In this document: one piece after another, positions 39,058 through 48,696 of the stretch
Numbering within the stretch: position 1 is the first letter of the stretch
Layout: each line of letters opens with the position of its first letter
Assembly (NCBI GenBank): GCA_021827145.1
Contig: JAKAXK010000001.1
Coordinates: forward strand, 9,006-73,005
Length of the DNA stretch: 64,000 nucleotides
Reading direction: 5' to 3'
DNA from: Pseudomonadota bacterium
Lineage (GTDB): Bacteria > Pseudomonadota > Gammaproteobacteria > Acidiferrobacterales > Acidiferrobacteraceae
Notes under the pieces: model-generated
Seen by the model: the letters and a program-made list of their open reading frames with translations, nothing else
What the model was told of the DNA's origin: nothing
The model's database searches: none
Made by a program: the position numbers and the translations under genes

Positions 39058-39165
39058 ATAAACGAGACCCTGGGCCTAGCGGCCCAGGTTACCCACTCAG
39101 GGAGGAGAAGCGGGTAAAGGACTTATCGTCCTATCCCAGTAGACTACGGGCCCCGGAAAAAGTTC

Positions 39166-41826
39166 CTAGTGGGCCTCGTCCCAGTTTTTGCCCACCCCGC
39201 ATTCGGCGATCAGCGGCACCGAAAGGGTCGCGGCCTGCTCCATCCGCACCACCACGGCCTCCTTCACGACCGGAATCTCCGCCTCCGGGACCTCAAACAC
39301 GAGTTCGTCGTGAACCTGCATGATCATGCGGGTGGCAAGCCCCTCCTCCGTCAAATAGGCGTCCACGGCCAACATGGCTCTCTTGATGAGGTCGGCGGCG
39401 GTGCCCTGCAGCGGGGCGTTGATGGCCGTGCGTTCGGCGTATTGGCGCCGGCCCGCGTGGCTCGCCTTGATGTCCGGGACATAAAGCCTGCGCCCGAAGA
39501 GGGTCTCGACGTAACCCTGGCTACGGGCGAGGCCGCGCATATCCTCCATGTAGCGGTGGACCCCCGGATAGCGCTGGAAATAGAGGTCGACGTACTTCTG
39601 GGCATGCCCCTGGTCAATGCGTAGCTGGCGGGCGAGTCCGAACGCCGACATCCCGTACATGAGCCCGAAATTGATGGCCTTGGCGGCGCGGCGCTGGTCG
39701 TCGGAGACCACGTCCAGGGCCACCCCGAAGACCTCGGCGGCGGTGGCCCGATGGACGTCCCGCCCCTCCTTGAAGGCGCGCACGAGACCGGCATCCCCTG
39801 ACAAGTGGGCCATGAGACGTAGCTCGATCTGGGAATAATCCGCCGACAAGATGCGCAGTCCCGGCCCCGCGACGAAGGCCTGACGGATGCGGCGGCCCTC
39901 CTCGGTACGCACCGGGATGTTCTGCAGATTGGGATCGCTCGAGGACAGCCGGCCCGTGGCGGCCACGGCCTGGTGATAGGTCGTATGGATGCGTCCGGTA
40001 CGCGGGTCCACCATGGAGGGAAGCTTGTCGGTATAGGTACTTTTCAGCTTGCCAACCGCACGGTAGTCGAGGATGAGCTGCGGCAAGGGATAGTCCAGGG
40101 CCAGCTCCGCAAGCACGTCCTCGGCCGTCGACGGTTGGCCTTTTGGTGTGCGCTTCTTGATCGGAAGCTTCTGTTCTGTAAAGAGAATTTCTTGAATCTG
40201 GGAGGGTGAATTGAGGTTGAAGGCGTGTCCCGCCAGACCATGCGCTTGGTTCTCGAGGGTCGCGAGCTTCACGCCGAGCTCGGCGCTCTGACGCTCGAGC
40301 ATGGCGGTGTCGATGGGAACGCCCGCCTCCTCGATACGCGCCAGCACCGGACTCAAGGGGCATTCCAGGGTTTCGTAGATGCGCGCAAGCCCGGGCTCGG
40401 CGCGCAGCCGATCCGAGAGCTCCGCGCGCAGGGAAAGGAGCGCGAAGACCGTGTCGCCTGCCACCGCCACCCACTCGTCCTCGGGGATCGCGCTGAACGG
40501 GCGCCGTGCGCGCCCCTCGCCCCTCATCGCCTCCCGCGTTGTGATCGGACGGCCCAGATACTTTAAAGCCAGGGTGCCGAGCGCGTGACTGGCGGCGCCA
40601 CTATCGAGAACGTAGGAGGCCAACATGACGTCATCCCATGCGCCACCCAAAGACAAGCCCTCGGCCATCAAGAAGCGAAGTAGACGCTTGCTGTCATGAA
40701 GAACGAGTGGCGGCGCCCCTTTGTCGAAGAGTGGGCGCAAGGCCGTGAGGATCCCGGCCGATCCGGGCCCATCGAGCAGGTCGCGGGGCACCGGTAGCAG
40801 CGAAGCCCCGCGCTCCGTACCCACGACGATCGCCGTGATCAGGCCCTCCTCATCCCAGACGTCCAAGGCGATCCGCGGCGCATCGCGCCAGGAAGCGACC
40901 GCCGCGCGCAGACCCTCGGGGTCCGTGACCACAACGGCTGGGGGGCGGGCCCCCGCGCCGGCATCGCCGAGCTCGGACAGCCAGTTCTTGAACTCGAGCT
41001 CGGTGTACAAGCGCCGCAGGGTGTCCTGATCGGGGGATCGGGGCACGAGGTCGGAGAGCGCAAGGGGTAAGGTCACATCGCAGCGGATGGTGACGAGCTC
41101 ACGGGCGAGCCGCAACTGGGCCTCACCGTCACGCAGAGCCTCCCCGAGCCGACCCGGTATGTCATGCGCGTGGGCTATGATCTCGTCGAGCGAACCGTAG
41201 GTCTCGAGCCAGCGAGCGGCGGTCTTGGGCCCAGCGCCAGTGACACCCGGCACGTTATCGACCTTGTCACCCACGATGGCGAGATAATCCACGATACGTT
41301 CAGGGGCCACCCCGAAGCGGGCGATCACACCTTCGCGATCCAAGGTCTGGTCGGTCATGGTATTGATGAGGGTCACGTCCGGGGTCACGAGCTGGGCCAT
41401 GTCCTTGTCGCCCGTGGAGATCACAACCCGCAAGCCCTGCTCGCGCCCGAGGCGGGCCAGCGTGCCTATGACGTCGTCCGCCTCGACCCCGGACACGGCG
41501 AGCAGCGGTACGCCGAGCGCCTGGATCAGGGCGTGCAGCCTCGGGATTTGCACCGCGAGATCGTCAGGCATGGCCGCGCGCGTGGCCTTGTAGTCCGCAT
41601 AGAGCGTGTCACGGAACGTGCCGCCGGGGGCATCGAAGACCATGGCCACCAAATTCGGCTTGTAATCGGCGCGCAATTTCCGCAGCATGTTGGCCACGCC
41701 GTATACAGCGCCGGTCGGTTCGCCGCGCGTGTTTCGCAAGTCCGGCATGGCATGAAACGCGCGGTACAGATACGATGAGCCGTCTACCAACAGCAAGAGT
41801 TGCCCAGGATCCCCGGTCGGTATCAT
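39166..41826 (-). CDS. polA: DNA polymerase I
   Basis: The 5'-nuclease N-terminus is 'LLLVDGSSYLYRAFHA'. Pol A motifs are 'DYSQIELR' and 'QVHDELVFE'. Confidence 0.95.
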   Translation of the reverse strand: MIPTGDPGQLLLLVDGSSYLYRAFHAMPDLRNTRGEPTGAVYGVANMLRKLRADYKPNLVAMVFDAPGGTFRDTLYADYKATRAAMPDDLAVQIPRLHALIQALGVPLLAVSGVEADDVIGTLARLGREQGLRVVISTGDKDMAQLVTPDVTLINTMTDQTLDREGVIARFGVAPERIVDYLAIVGDKVDNVPGVTGAGPKTAARWLETYGSLDEIIAHAHDIPGRLGEALRDGEAQLRLARELVTIRCDVTLPLALSDLVPRSPDQDTLRRLYTELEFKNWLSELGDAGAGARPPAVVVTDPEGLRAAVASWRDAPRIALDVWDEEGLITAIVVGTERGASLLPVPRDLLDGPGSAGILTALRPLFDKGAPPLVLHDSKRLLRFLMAEGLSLGGAWDDVMLASYVLDSGAASHALGTLALKYLGRPITTREAMRGEGRARRPFSAIPEDEWVAVAGDTVFALLSLRAELSDRLRAEPGLARIYETLECPLSPVLARIEEAGVPIDTAMLERQSAELGVKLATLENQAHGLAGHAFNLNSPSQIQEILFTEQKLPIKKRTPKGQPSTAEDVLAELALDYPLPQLILDYRAVGKLKSTYTDKLPSMVDPRTGRIHTTYHQAVAATGRLSSSDPNLQNIPVRTEEGRRIRQAFVAGPGLRILSADYSQIELRLMAHLSGDAGLVRAFKEGRDVHRATAAEVFGVALDVVSDDQRRAAKAINFGLMYGMSAFGLARQLRIDQGHAQKYVDLYFQRYPGVHRYMEDMRGLARSQGYVETLFGRRLYVPDIKASHAGRRQYAERTAINAPLQGTAADLIKRAMLAVDAYLTEEGLATRMIMQVHDELVFEVPEAEIPVVKEAVVVRMEQAATLSVPLIAECGVGKNWDEAH

Positions 41827-41872
41827 GACTGCCCCAAAATCTCAAAAACCCCTGATCAAAAGAAAGTCGGCG

Positions 41873-42577
41873 GCCATGCAACCCGGCACCGCATCCCCGG
41901 AGGGCGCCCTCTCGCGGGAGGCCTGGAAGATCTTCCAGATCATGGCGGAGTTCGTCGAAGGCTTCGAGGCCTTAGCCCAAATCCGGCCGTCGGTGAGCAT
42001 CTTCGGTTCGGCTCGCATCGCCCCAGACCACCCCTATTTCACACTCGCCGAGGATATCGCGCGCAAACTATCGGATGCGGGCTTCAGCGTCGTGAGCGGC
42101 GGCGGCCCCGGCATCATGGAAGCCGCCAACAAGGGCGCGTATGCCGGCCCCTCGCCCAGCGTCGGCCTGAACATCCGCCTCCCGCACGAGCAGGCGGGCA
42201 ACGCCTACCAGGACATCCGTCTGACCTTTCAGCACTTCTTCGTGCGCAAGGTCATGTTCGTCAAGTATGCCACAGCCTATGTCGTGATGCCCGGCGGCTT
42301 CGGCACGCTGGATGAGCTCATGGAGATCATGACGTTGATCCAGACCGGCAAGAGCCGGCGCATCCCGATCATTCTCGTGCATACGCCCTTTTGGTCGGGC
42401 CTCACGGAGTGGTTCCGCACGGTCTTGATCCGCGACGGCGTGATCAGCGCCAGCGACATGGATCTGTTTGTGACGCTCGATAAACCCGAGGACGTCATAG
42501 ACGCCATCTTCCGTTACTACGAACTGAGCGGCTTCGAGCCCTCCGAAGAGGAAAAGGAGATCCAGCTTAACCTCTGA
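41873..42577 (+). CDS. LOG-family (TIGR00730) nucleotide phosphoribohydrolase
   Basis: 'VSGGGPGIMEAANKGA' and 'PGGFGTLDELMEI' are LOG signatures. The start is uncertain; the ORF-track start overlaps the polA start. Confidence 0.8.
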   Translation, partial: AMQPGTASPEGALSREAWKIFQIMAEFVEGFEALAQIRPSVSIFGSARIAPDHPYFTLAEDIARKLSDAGFSVVSGGGPGIMEAANKGAYAGPSPSVGLNIRLPHEQAGNAYQDIRLTFQHFFVRKVMFVKYATAYVVMPGGFGTLDELMEIMTLIQTGKSRRIPIILVHTPFWSGLTEWFRTVLIRDGVISASDMDLFVTLDKPEDVIDAIFRYYELSGFEPSEEEKEIQLNL

Positions 42578-42596
42578 CGAGGGGATCTGGTTTCGT

Positions 42597-43562
42597 ATGT
42601 CGGTCTTTACACGCATAGAGGAAGGAGAACTCGCCGCGTTCCTGGCGGCTTATCCGGTGGGTACGCTCCGGTCTTACACCGGTATCGAAAGCGGCATAGA
42701 AAACACGAATTACTTCGTGTCGACGACCGAAGGCGAGTACGTGCTCACATTGTTTGAGCGGGTGGACCCCGGCGACCTGCCCTTCTTCCTGCATCTGACG
42801 GCATTCCTGGCGGAGCACGGCATCCCCTGCGCACACCCGGTCCCCGGCGCGCACGGGGACTACGTGAGTACTCTCCATGACAAAAAAGCGGCGCTCGTCA
42901 TGCGGCTCTTCGGCCACTCGGTCATGGCCCCCGCGGAGGCCCACTGCGCCGCCATAGGCGATGTGCTGGCCCGCCTCCATCAGGCCGGCGCGTCCTTCAC
43001 CTTTGGGGGAGAACGCCCGAACCCGCGGGGTCCGCAGTGGTGGCGATCAGCGGCCGACCGATTGGCGGGCCACCTGAACGCGGAGGATGCGGCCATACTC
43101 GCCGAGGAACTGCGGTTCCAGGGCCTGTATCGCTTCTCGGACCTGCCCCGCGGCATCATCCATGCCGACCTCTTCCGCGATAATGCGCTCTTCGATGGCG
43201 AGCACCTCACGGGCGTCATCGACTTCTACTACGCCTGCTCCGATACCTGGCTCTATGATCTGGCCATTACCATGAACGACTGGGCCAGCGAGGAGGACGG
43301 CCGGCTCGACTTTCGTCGCGCCGAGGCGCTCCTCGCCGCCTACCAGACCGTGCGTCCACTCACGAGTATCGAGCGCGGCGCCTGGCCTGCCCTATTGCGC
43401 GCCGCCGCCCTGCGTTTCTGGCTCTCGCGTCTGACCGACCTCCACTTCCCAAGGGCGGGCGAACTGACGCACACTAAAGACCCGCTCGCCTTTCGTCGCA
43501 TACTGACCGCGCGCCGACAGGAGACGCCGCAATTGCGGGGGCTTTGGCGGACACGAGGCTGA
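42597..43562 (+). CDS. thrB: homoserine kinase (ThrB, APH-fold type)
   Basis: 'MSVFT.....L..FL..Y..G.L.....I..G.ENTNYFV.T' and 'IIHADLFRDN' are typical of pseudomonad-type ThrB. Confidence 0.85.
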   Translation: MSVFTRIEEGELAAFLAAYPVGTLRSYTGIESGIENTNYFVSTTEGEYVLTLFERVDPGDLPFFLHLTAFLAEHGIPCAHPVPGAHGDYVSTLHDKKAALVMRLFGHSVMAPAEAHCAAIGDVLARLHQAGASFTFGGERPNPRGPQWWRSAADRLAGHLNAEDAAILAEELRFQGLYRFSDLPRGIIHADLFRDNALFDGEHLTGVIDFYYACSDTWLYDLAITMNDWASEEDGRLDFRRAEALLAAYQTVRPLTSIERGAWPALLRAAALRFWLSRLTDLHFPRAGELTHTKDPLAFRRILTARRQETPQLRGLWRTRG

Positions 43563-43601
43563 CGCCCTCGGCGTGTTCTTCTCGGCAAAGAGGGTCGTGC
43601 C

Positions 43602-44351
43602 ATGGATAAGGGACTGTTACAGGCCGGGGCGTGGATCAAGGGCGCCTACGCGCTTGTGGCCGCGGATAGTCTGTTGTGGGGCGGTACGACGGCCCTCTAC
43701 CTCCTCATAGCGGCGATCGTCTTGGATCTGCCCTTCATGGGCGGCGTGCTGCTCATCTTGTTCACGCCAGTCGTCATAGCCGGCGTCCTGCGCGAGGCGG
43801 CTCATCCGGACGTGGCCGGCAACTCTTCCAAACGCATCCGCGACATCTTCGTGGGCGCGCTGCGCGACCGCGCACTGGCCTTGCCGGTCATGAGCACCGG
43901 GACCATCCTCCTGGGGGCTTGGGTCTTCTTGACCGTGCTCGCCATGGTAGGCGGGATCGACGGTCGGTCGCTCGGTTTGATATTTGCCCACCGGGACCTG
44001 CTCGGGCGCGTCTTTACCGGCCTTCTTTTGCTGATCTTCTGGGGGCTGCAGGTAATGCTGGCGGTGACCGTGCTGTATGTGCTCGCCGCCATCGTGCTGG
44101 GCGCGGCACGCCCCATGGAGGCCCTTGAACACACCTTGGCGCTCTGGCGCGAACGGCCGCTGGCGCTCACGACGCTCGGCGCCACCTTCGTGCTGCCGCT
44201 CATCGTCGCCTTCTATTGGGGACCCTGGGTCCGCGCCCTAGTGGCCCTCGTCACGTTGGTGCCGCTCACCCTCGCCGTCTCCCTGAGCTATCGGGCATTC
44301 AAGGCGACCGATCGCCGCTACGACGCGCCTTTGGTGCGCAAGGGCTGGTAA
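43602..44351 (+). CDS. polytopic membrane protein, function unknown
   Basis: It has multiple hydrophobic helices. I recognised no family. Confidence 0.45.
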   Translation: MDKGLLQAGAWIKGAYALVAADSLLWGGTTALYLLIAAIVLDLPFMGGVLLILFTPVVIAGVLREAAHPDVAGNSSKRIRDIFVGALRDRALALPVMSTGTILLGAWVFLTVLAMVGGIDGRSLGLIFAHRDLLGRVFTGLLLLIFWGLQVMLAVTVLYVLAAIVLGAARPMEALEHTLALWRERPLALTTLGATFVLPLIVAFYWGPWVRALVALVTLVPLTLAVSLSYRAFKATDRRYDAPLVRKGW

Positions 44352-45076
44352 GCGCACACCTGATTCCCGCCGGCCCGCTCGGCCTCGTACAGCGCTTCGT
44401 GGGCATTGTCCAGAAAGCGCTCGAGATCCTGGCCGCGGCCGAACTCGGCCACGCCCGCGCTCAAGGTGACCGTGACCTCCTCGCCCTTGACGGTCATCGC
44501 GGTGGCGCCCACCGCCACGCGCAGGCGCTCGGCGACCAACTGCGCCTGCTCGGTGTGGGTTTGGGGCAGGACGACGAGAAATTCGCGATCCTGATAACGG
44601 CCGAGACGATCGGGAAGCCGCAAGGCCTCCGCCAGCACGGCGGCCGCGCCCTCGAGGATCACACCTTCGGCCTCCGACCCCAGACGCTCGGCCAAGGCCT
44701 CCGCGCCATCGATCCTGAGGCTCGCGAGCGACAAGGGCGTCCCGTAACGCTGGGATTGCGCCATGGCCTCGATGAGGCTCGACGTGATACCGCGACGATT
44801 CAGGGCGCGCGTGAGCTCGTCCACGAGCCCCGTCGGGGCCGCCATGCTATCGGTGCCAGCGGGGCGTTTGACGTTCACAATGCGCGCGGCCAGCACGTAG
44901 ACGGCGATCGCGAGCCCCGCCGCCTGGAGAACGGCAAACAGGGGTGACAGGCCAGGCCAGACCAGACTGAACCCTATGGCCACGGCGCCGGTCAGGAGGG
45001 TGAGCCCCCCTGTGACGGCAAGAAAGGGTTTACGCCTGAGCCGACCCTGCTTTGTCAAAAAAAAGAACGGATTCAC
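44318..45076 (-). CDS. membrane-anchored GGDEF-domain protein with a degenerate active site
   Basis: Two N-terminal TM helices precede a GGDEF fold in which the signature position reads 'RYQDREF' instead of 'RxGGDEF'. Confidence 0.65.
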   Translation of the reverse strand: MNPFFFLTKQGRLRRKPFLAVTGGLTLLTGAVAIGFSLVWPGLSPLFAVLQAAGLAIAVYVLAARIVNVKRPAGTDSMAAPTGLVDELTRALNRRGITSSLIEAMAQSQRYGTPLSLASLRIDGAEALAERLGSEAEGVILEGAAAVLAEALRLPDRLGRYQDREFLVVLPQTHTEQAQLVAERLRVAVGATAMTVKGEEVTVTLSAGVAEFGRGQDLERFLDNAHEALYEAERAGGNQVCAYQPLRTKGAS

Positions 45077-45146
45077 GCCTCATCCCGAGAGTCGAAAGTT
45101 CATGCAGGAACTATAGGCGCCGAACCGCCCGCTTTCCAACTCATCC

Positions 45147-47273
45147 TTAAAGTATTTTCAGGCCGGCATAGGCGAGAACCAACCACTTGACGCCGCTTGC
45201 CGTGAAGCGTACCTGCACACGCGCCTGCGCTCCATGGCCCTCGCAATCGACAATAACCCCCTCCCCAAAGACCGAATGCGCGACGCGGCCGCCCACACAC
45301 ACCCCATCGACAGAAGCGAGCGCCGAGGCCTGCGCCGTACCCCCCACCCGTGGCCGCACGTGGTCCAGGAGGTTATCGGGGATCTCCGTCAGGAAACGCG
45401 ACGGCGGCGAGTAGCGGTCCTCGCCGTGGATACGCCGGGTCTCGGCGTAACTCAAGGTGAGTTCGCGCATGGCGCGGGTGATGCCGACATAACAGAGCCT
45501 GCGCTCCTCTTCGAGACGCGCCTCGTCGTAGATCGAGCGCTCATGCGGGAACAGGCCCTCCTCGAGACCGGTCAGGAACACGACCGGGAATTCGAGGCCC
45601 TTGGCGGCGTGCAAAGTCATGAGTTGGACCGAGTCTTGACCCTCGCCAGCCTGCCCCTCACCCGCCTCGAGGGCGGCATGCGCCAGAAACTCGATTACGG
45701 GCTGGCCCTCGTGCTCCTCGGCAATGAAAAAGCGCGCCGCCGAGACAAGCTCCTCCAGGTTCTCGCTGCGCGCCTCGCCGCGTTCGCGCCCCTCCTCGCG
45801 ATAGAAGTCGAGCAGGCCAGTCTCCTTGATGATGGCCTCTATGGCCCCATCCAGAGGCGCCGTAGCGGTCTGCGCGGCCAGTCGCTCGACGAGGGCCACG
45901 AAGCCACGCACGGCCGATGCCGCCCGCCCGCTCAGGGTCCCGGCCGCCAGCAGCGCGAGCGACGCCGTCCACAACGACACCCGCTCGCCGCGGGCGTGGG
46001 CACGCACGACCTCTATCGTGCGCGCCCCTATGCCGCGCGTCGGAACGTTCACGACACGCTCAAAGGCTGTGTCGTCATGGGCGTTCAGGGCCAGTCGCAG
46101 GTAGGCCAGGGCATCCTTGATCTCGGCGCGATCGAAGAAGCGCAGACCCCCATAGACGCGATAGGGTATGCCGGCACGGACCAGCAACTCCTCGAACAGC
46201 CGCGACTGGGCATTGGAGCGATACAGGATCGCGACATCGCGCGGCCTCGTGTCCTCGGGCAACAGCCTGCGAATGCGCTCGACGACGAATTGCGCTTCAT
46301 CGACACCGCTGTAGGCGGCATAGAGCGCCACTGGGCTGCCGTCGCGGCCGGCGGTCCATAAGGTCTTGCCGAGACGCTTGGCGTTGTGGGAGATGACGGC
46401 ATTGGCCGCCTCGAGGATACGGCCCGTGGAGCGATAGTTTTGCTCCAGACGGATCGTGCGCGTGCCGGGGTAGTCGCGCTCGAAACGCAGGATGTTCTCG
46501 ATCTCGGCCCCGCGCCAGCCGTAAATGGATTGGTCGTCGTCGCCCACCACAAAGAGATGGCCGGCGGCGCCGAACAGGCGCAGCCATTCGTACTGAACGA
46601 CATTGGTGTCCTGGAACTCGTCGACCAGGATATGGCGGAATCGCCGCTGATAATGGTCGCGCACCGCCGGGTGGCCGCGCATCACCTCGAGCGTGGCGAG
46701 CAAGAGCTCCGCGAAATCGACGAGGCCCTGCTCGCGGCAGAGCGTCTCGTAGGCCTGATAGATATGCAACAGCGCCCGCTGCGTCGGATCAGCGCTCACG
46801 CCCACCTTCTGGGCACGCCGCCCCGCCTCCTTGTGCCCATTGATGAAGGACTGGACCATGCGCGGCGGATAGCGGGACTCGTCGAGGGCCTGGGCGCGCA
46901 TGAGGCGCTTTATGAGGCGTTGCTGATCGTCGCTGTCGATGATCTGGAAGGCCTCCGGGAGCCCGGCCTCCCGCCAATGCGCGCGCAGGAAGCGGTGCGA
47001 GAGACCGTGAAAGGTCCCGATCCACAGACCGGATACGCTTTGGCGCAACAAATGCTCGATGCGCCGACGCATCTCGGAGGCCGCCTTGTTGGTGAAGGTC
47101 ACGGCGAGGAAAGAGAAGGGAGAAGCCCCCCGATCCACGAGCCAGGCGATACGCTGGGTGAGAACGCGCGTCTTGCCGCTGCCGGCCCCCGCCAGAATGC
47201 GCACGGGACCGGGGGCGGCCGTCACAGCCTCCCGTTGAGCCTCGTTGAGGCCCTCGATGAACGAAGATTCCAT
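45147..47273 (-). CDS. uvrD: DNA helicase II
   Basis: It has 'LNEAQREAV', Walker A 'AGAGSGKT', 'VDEFQDTN' and the UvrD/Rep motif order. The start was moved to ATG 47273. Confidence 0.9.
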   Translation of the reverse strand: MESSFIEGLNEAQREAVTAAPGPVRILAGAGSGKTRVLTQRIAWLVDRGASPFSFLAVTFTNKAASEMRRRIEHLLRQSVSGLWIGTFHGLSHRFLRAHWREAGLPEAFQIIDSDDQQRLIKRLMRAQALDESRYPPRMVQSFINGHKEAGRRAQKVGVSADPTQRALLHIYQAYETLCREQGLVDFAELLLATLEVMRGHPAVRDHYQRRFRHILVDEFQDTNVVQYEWLRLFGAAGHLFVVGDDDQSIYGWRGAEIENILRFERDYPGTRTIRLEQNYRSTGRILEAANAVISHNAKRLGKTLWTAGRDGSPVALYAAYSGVDEAQFVVERIRRLLPEDTRPRDVAILYRSNAQSRLFEELLVRAGIPYRVYGGLRFFDRAEIKDALAYLRLALNAHDDTAFERVVNVPTRGIGARTIEVVRAHARGERVSLWTASLALLAAGTLSGRAASAVRGFVALVERLAAQTATAPLDGAIEAIIKETGLLDFYREEGRERGEARSENLEELVSAARFFIAEEHEGQPVIEFLAHAALEAGEGQAGEGQDSVQLMTLHAAKGLEFPVVFLTGLEEGLFPHERSIYDEARLEEERRLCYVGITRAMRELTLSYAETRRIHGEDRYSPPSRFLTEIPDNLLDHVRPRVGGTAQASALASVDGVCVGGRVAHSVFGEGVIVDCEGHGAQARVQVRFTASGVKWLVLAYAGLKIL

Positions 47274-47392
47274 GCCGCGAGTGTAACGCGCGGGCGCGAT
47301 GCTGGAAACGGGCACGGTCGGACCGGGATCGCGCATTGCATTGCTCGGCCAAGTGGTGTCAACTTAGCGGATCACGCAGTTTAGGCCTTGTC

Positions 47393-47779
47393 ATGGATGA
47401 AGTCCGCGATTTCGATCTCCATGCCGCCTGGATCCGTCGGGCGCAAACCGATCTCCATGCCTTCCTCGAGGCCCTCGCCGCACGTCTCGAGGGCGCGCTA
47501 CCGGGGCGCGTGCAGGTGGAACGCAAGCGCGAGGGCTTTTTGACCGGACCCAAACGCGTGGTGGGCGTCACCATCCGCGCCGATGACAACCGCTACGTCC
47601 TCGATGCCCACGACCACGAGATCCATGCCAGCCGTCAGCACGAAGTGCGTGGCGTGGTCCTGAAGACCGAAACCCTGGCGCTCGACCGCTGGCTGCAAGA
47701 CCTGGAAGACGAACTACGGCGACTGTCGGGGGCCCTGGAGGGGGCGCGCGGCGTCCTGCAGGACTTTCTCACTTCATAG
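47393..47779 (+). CDS. hypothetical protein, first gene of the ybjQ-pspA cluster
   Basis: It is a co-directional ORF 15 nt upstream of the next gene. I recognised no family. Confidence 0.4.
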   Translation: MDEVRDFDLHAAWIRRAQTDLHAFLEALAARLEGALPGRVQVERKREGFLTGPKRVVGVTIRADDNRYVLDAHDHEIHASRQHEVRGVVLKTETLALDRWLQDLEDELRRLSGALEGARGVLQDFLTS

Positions 47780-47794
47780 CTTCAAGGAGGCCCC

Positions 47795-48694
47795 ATGGCC
47801 GTATTGCGTCCGCCCGGCGGTCGATCCGCAGACGAGGGGGCGACGCTTGCGCGCCAGACGGCCTGGACCGAGGCGCTCGCGCGCGGCACGGTGCCCACGT
47901 TCGTCAAGGAGCGGCTGGCCGAGACCATGAGCGGGGCGCGCCCATGGGTGACCACCGCCTCGCCGGCGGGACTTTTGGCGCAACGCGCCCACGGCATCCG
48001 TCCACTGGGCCTGGTATCCGGCAACTGCTGGTTTCACTTCGGTTACTCCTGGACGCGGGGCCATTACGAGGGTTGGCATACGGCGCTCGACCGCCTGCGC
48101 CTCGAGGCAGGGCTCATGGGCGCCAACGCGGTGGTCGACGTGACCCTGCGCGTGCGCCGCATGCCGGGGACCGAGAACGAAGACCACATGGACTACGGCG
48201 TGACCGGCACTGCCGTGCGCCTGGACGGGCTCGCGGCATCGAGCAACCCCGCGCTCGCCACGGTCTCCGCCCTTGAGTTCGCGCGCCTGCTCGAGTCCGG
48301 GATCGTGCCCGTGGGGCTTGCCATAGGCGCCCATTACGACTGGTTCGTCGCGAGCGGCTATTCAACGGCGAACACCGCGTCCTTCTGGAACCAGGAGATC
48401 ACCCCGCTCTCGAGCTTTCTGACGCGGGTACGCCGCCAAGCCCTTCAGGAGCTCCGCGACGACGGGGTGCGCCTGGGTTCGGGCGTCCTCGCCCATACCC
48501 AACATACCGAGCTCTACCGGGTCGAGCCCGACGAGAACAACCCCTACCCGCGTTTCCTCGCCCGCTATATCGCACTTGGCACCGCCGTCCTCCACGACAG
48601 TCGCACGCGGCGACCGTTTGGCGTGCGTTTGGTGACGAGCGTGCGCGACCCGCGGCTGCTGGCCGCCACCGACACCACCAGGGAGGTCCTGTAA
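47795..48694 (+). CDS. tandem YbjQ/UPF0145 (heavy-metal-binding-like) domain protein
   Basis: There are two repeats of the YbjQ pattern ('GANAVVDVTLRV...GTAV' and a second half ending 'YIALGTAV'). Confidence 0.6.
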   Translation: MAVLRPPGGRSADEGATLARQTAWTEALARGTVPTFVKERLAETMSGARPWVTTASPAGLLAQRAHGIRPLGLVSGNCWFHFGYSWTRGHYEGWHTALDRLRLEAGLMGANAVVDVTLRVRRMPGTENEDHMDYGVTGTAVRLDGLAASSNPALATVSALEFARLLESGIVPVGLAIGAHYDWFVASGYSTANTASFWNQEITPLSSFLTRVRRQALQELRDDGVRLGSGVLAHTQHTELYRVEPDENNPYPRFLARYIALGTAVLHDSRTRRPFGVRLVTSVRDPRLLAATDTTREVL

Positions 48695-48696
48695 CC

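Noticed and set aside
41873-42577. The LOG-family gene was considered as a fourth component of the DprA/PRTase island, since both LOG and DprA are SLOG-fold.
   Set aside because: It is separated from the island by polA, has native high GC, and sits in a conserved thrB-adjacent housekeeping context.
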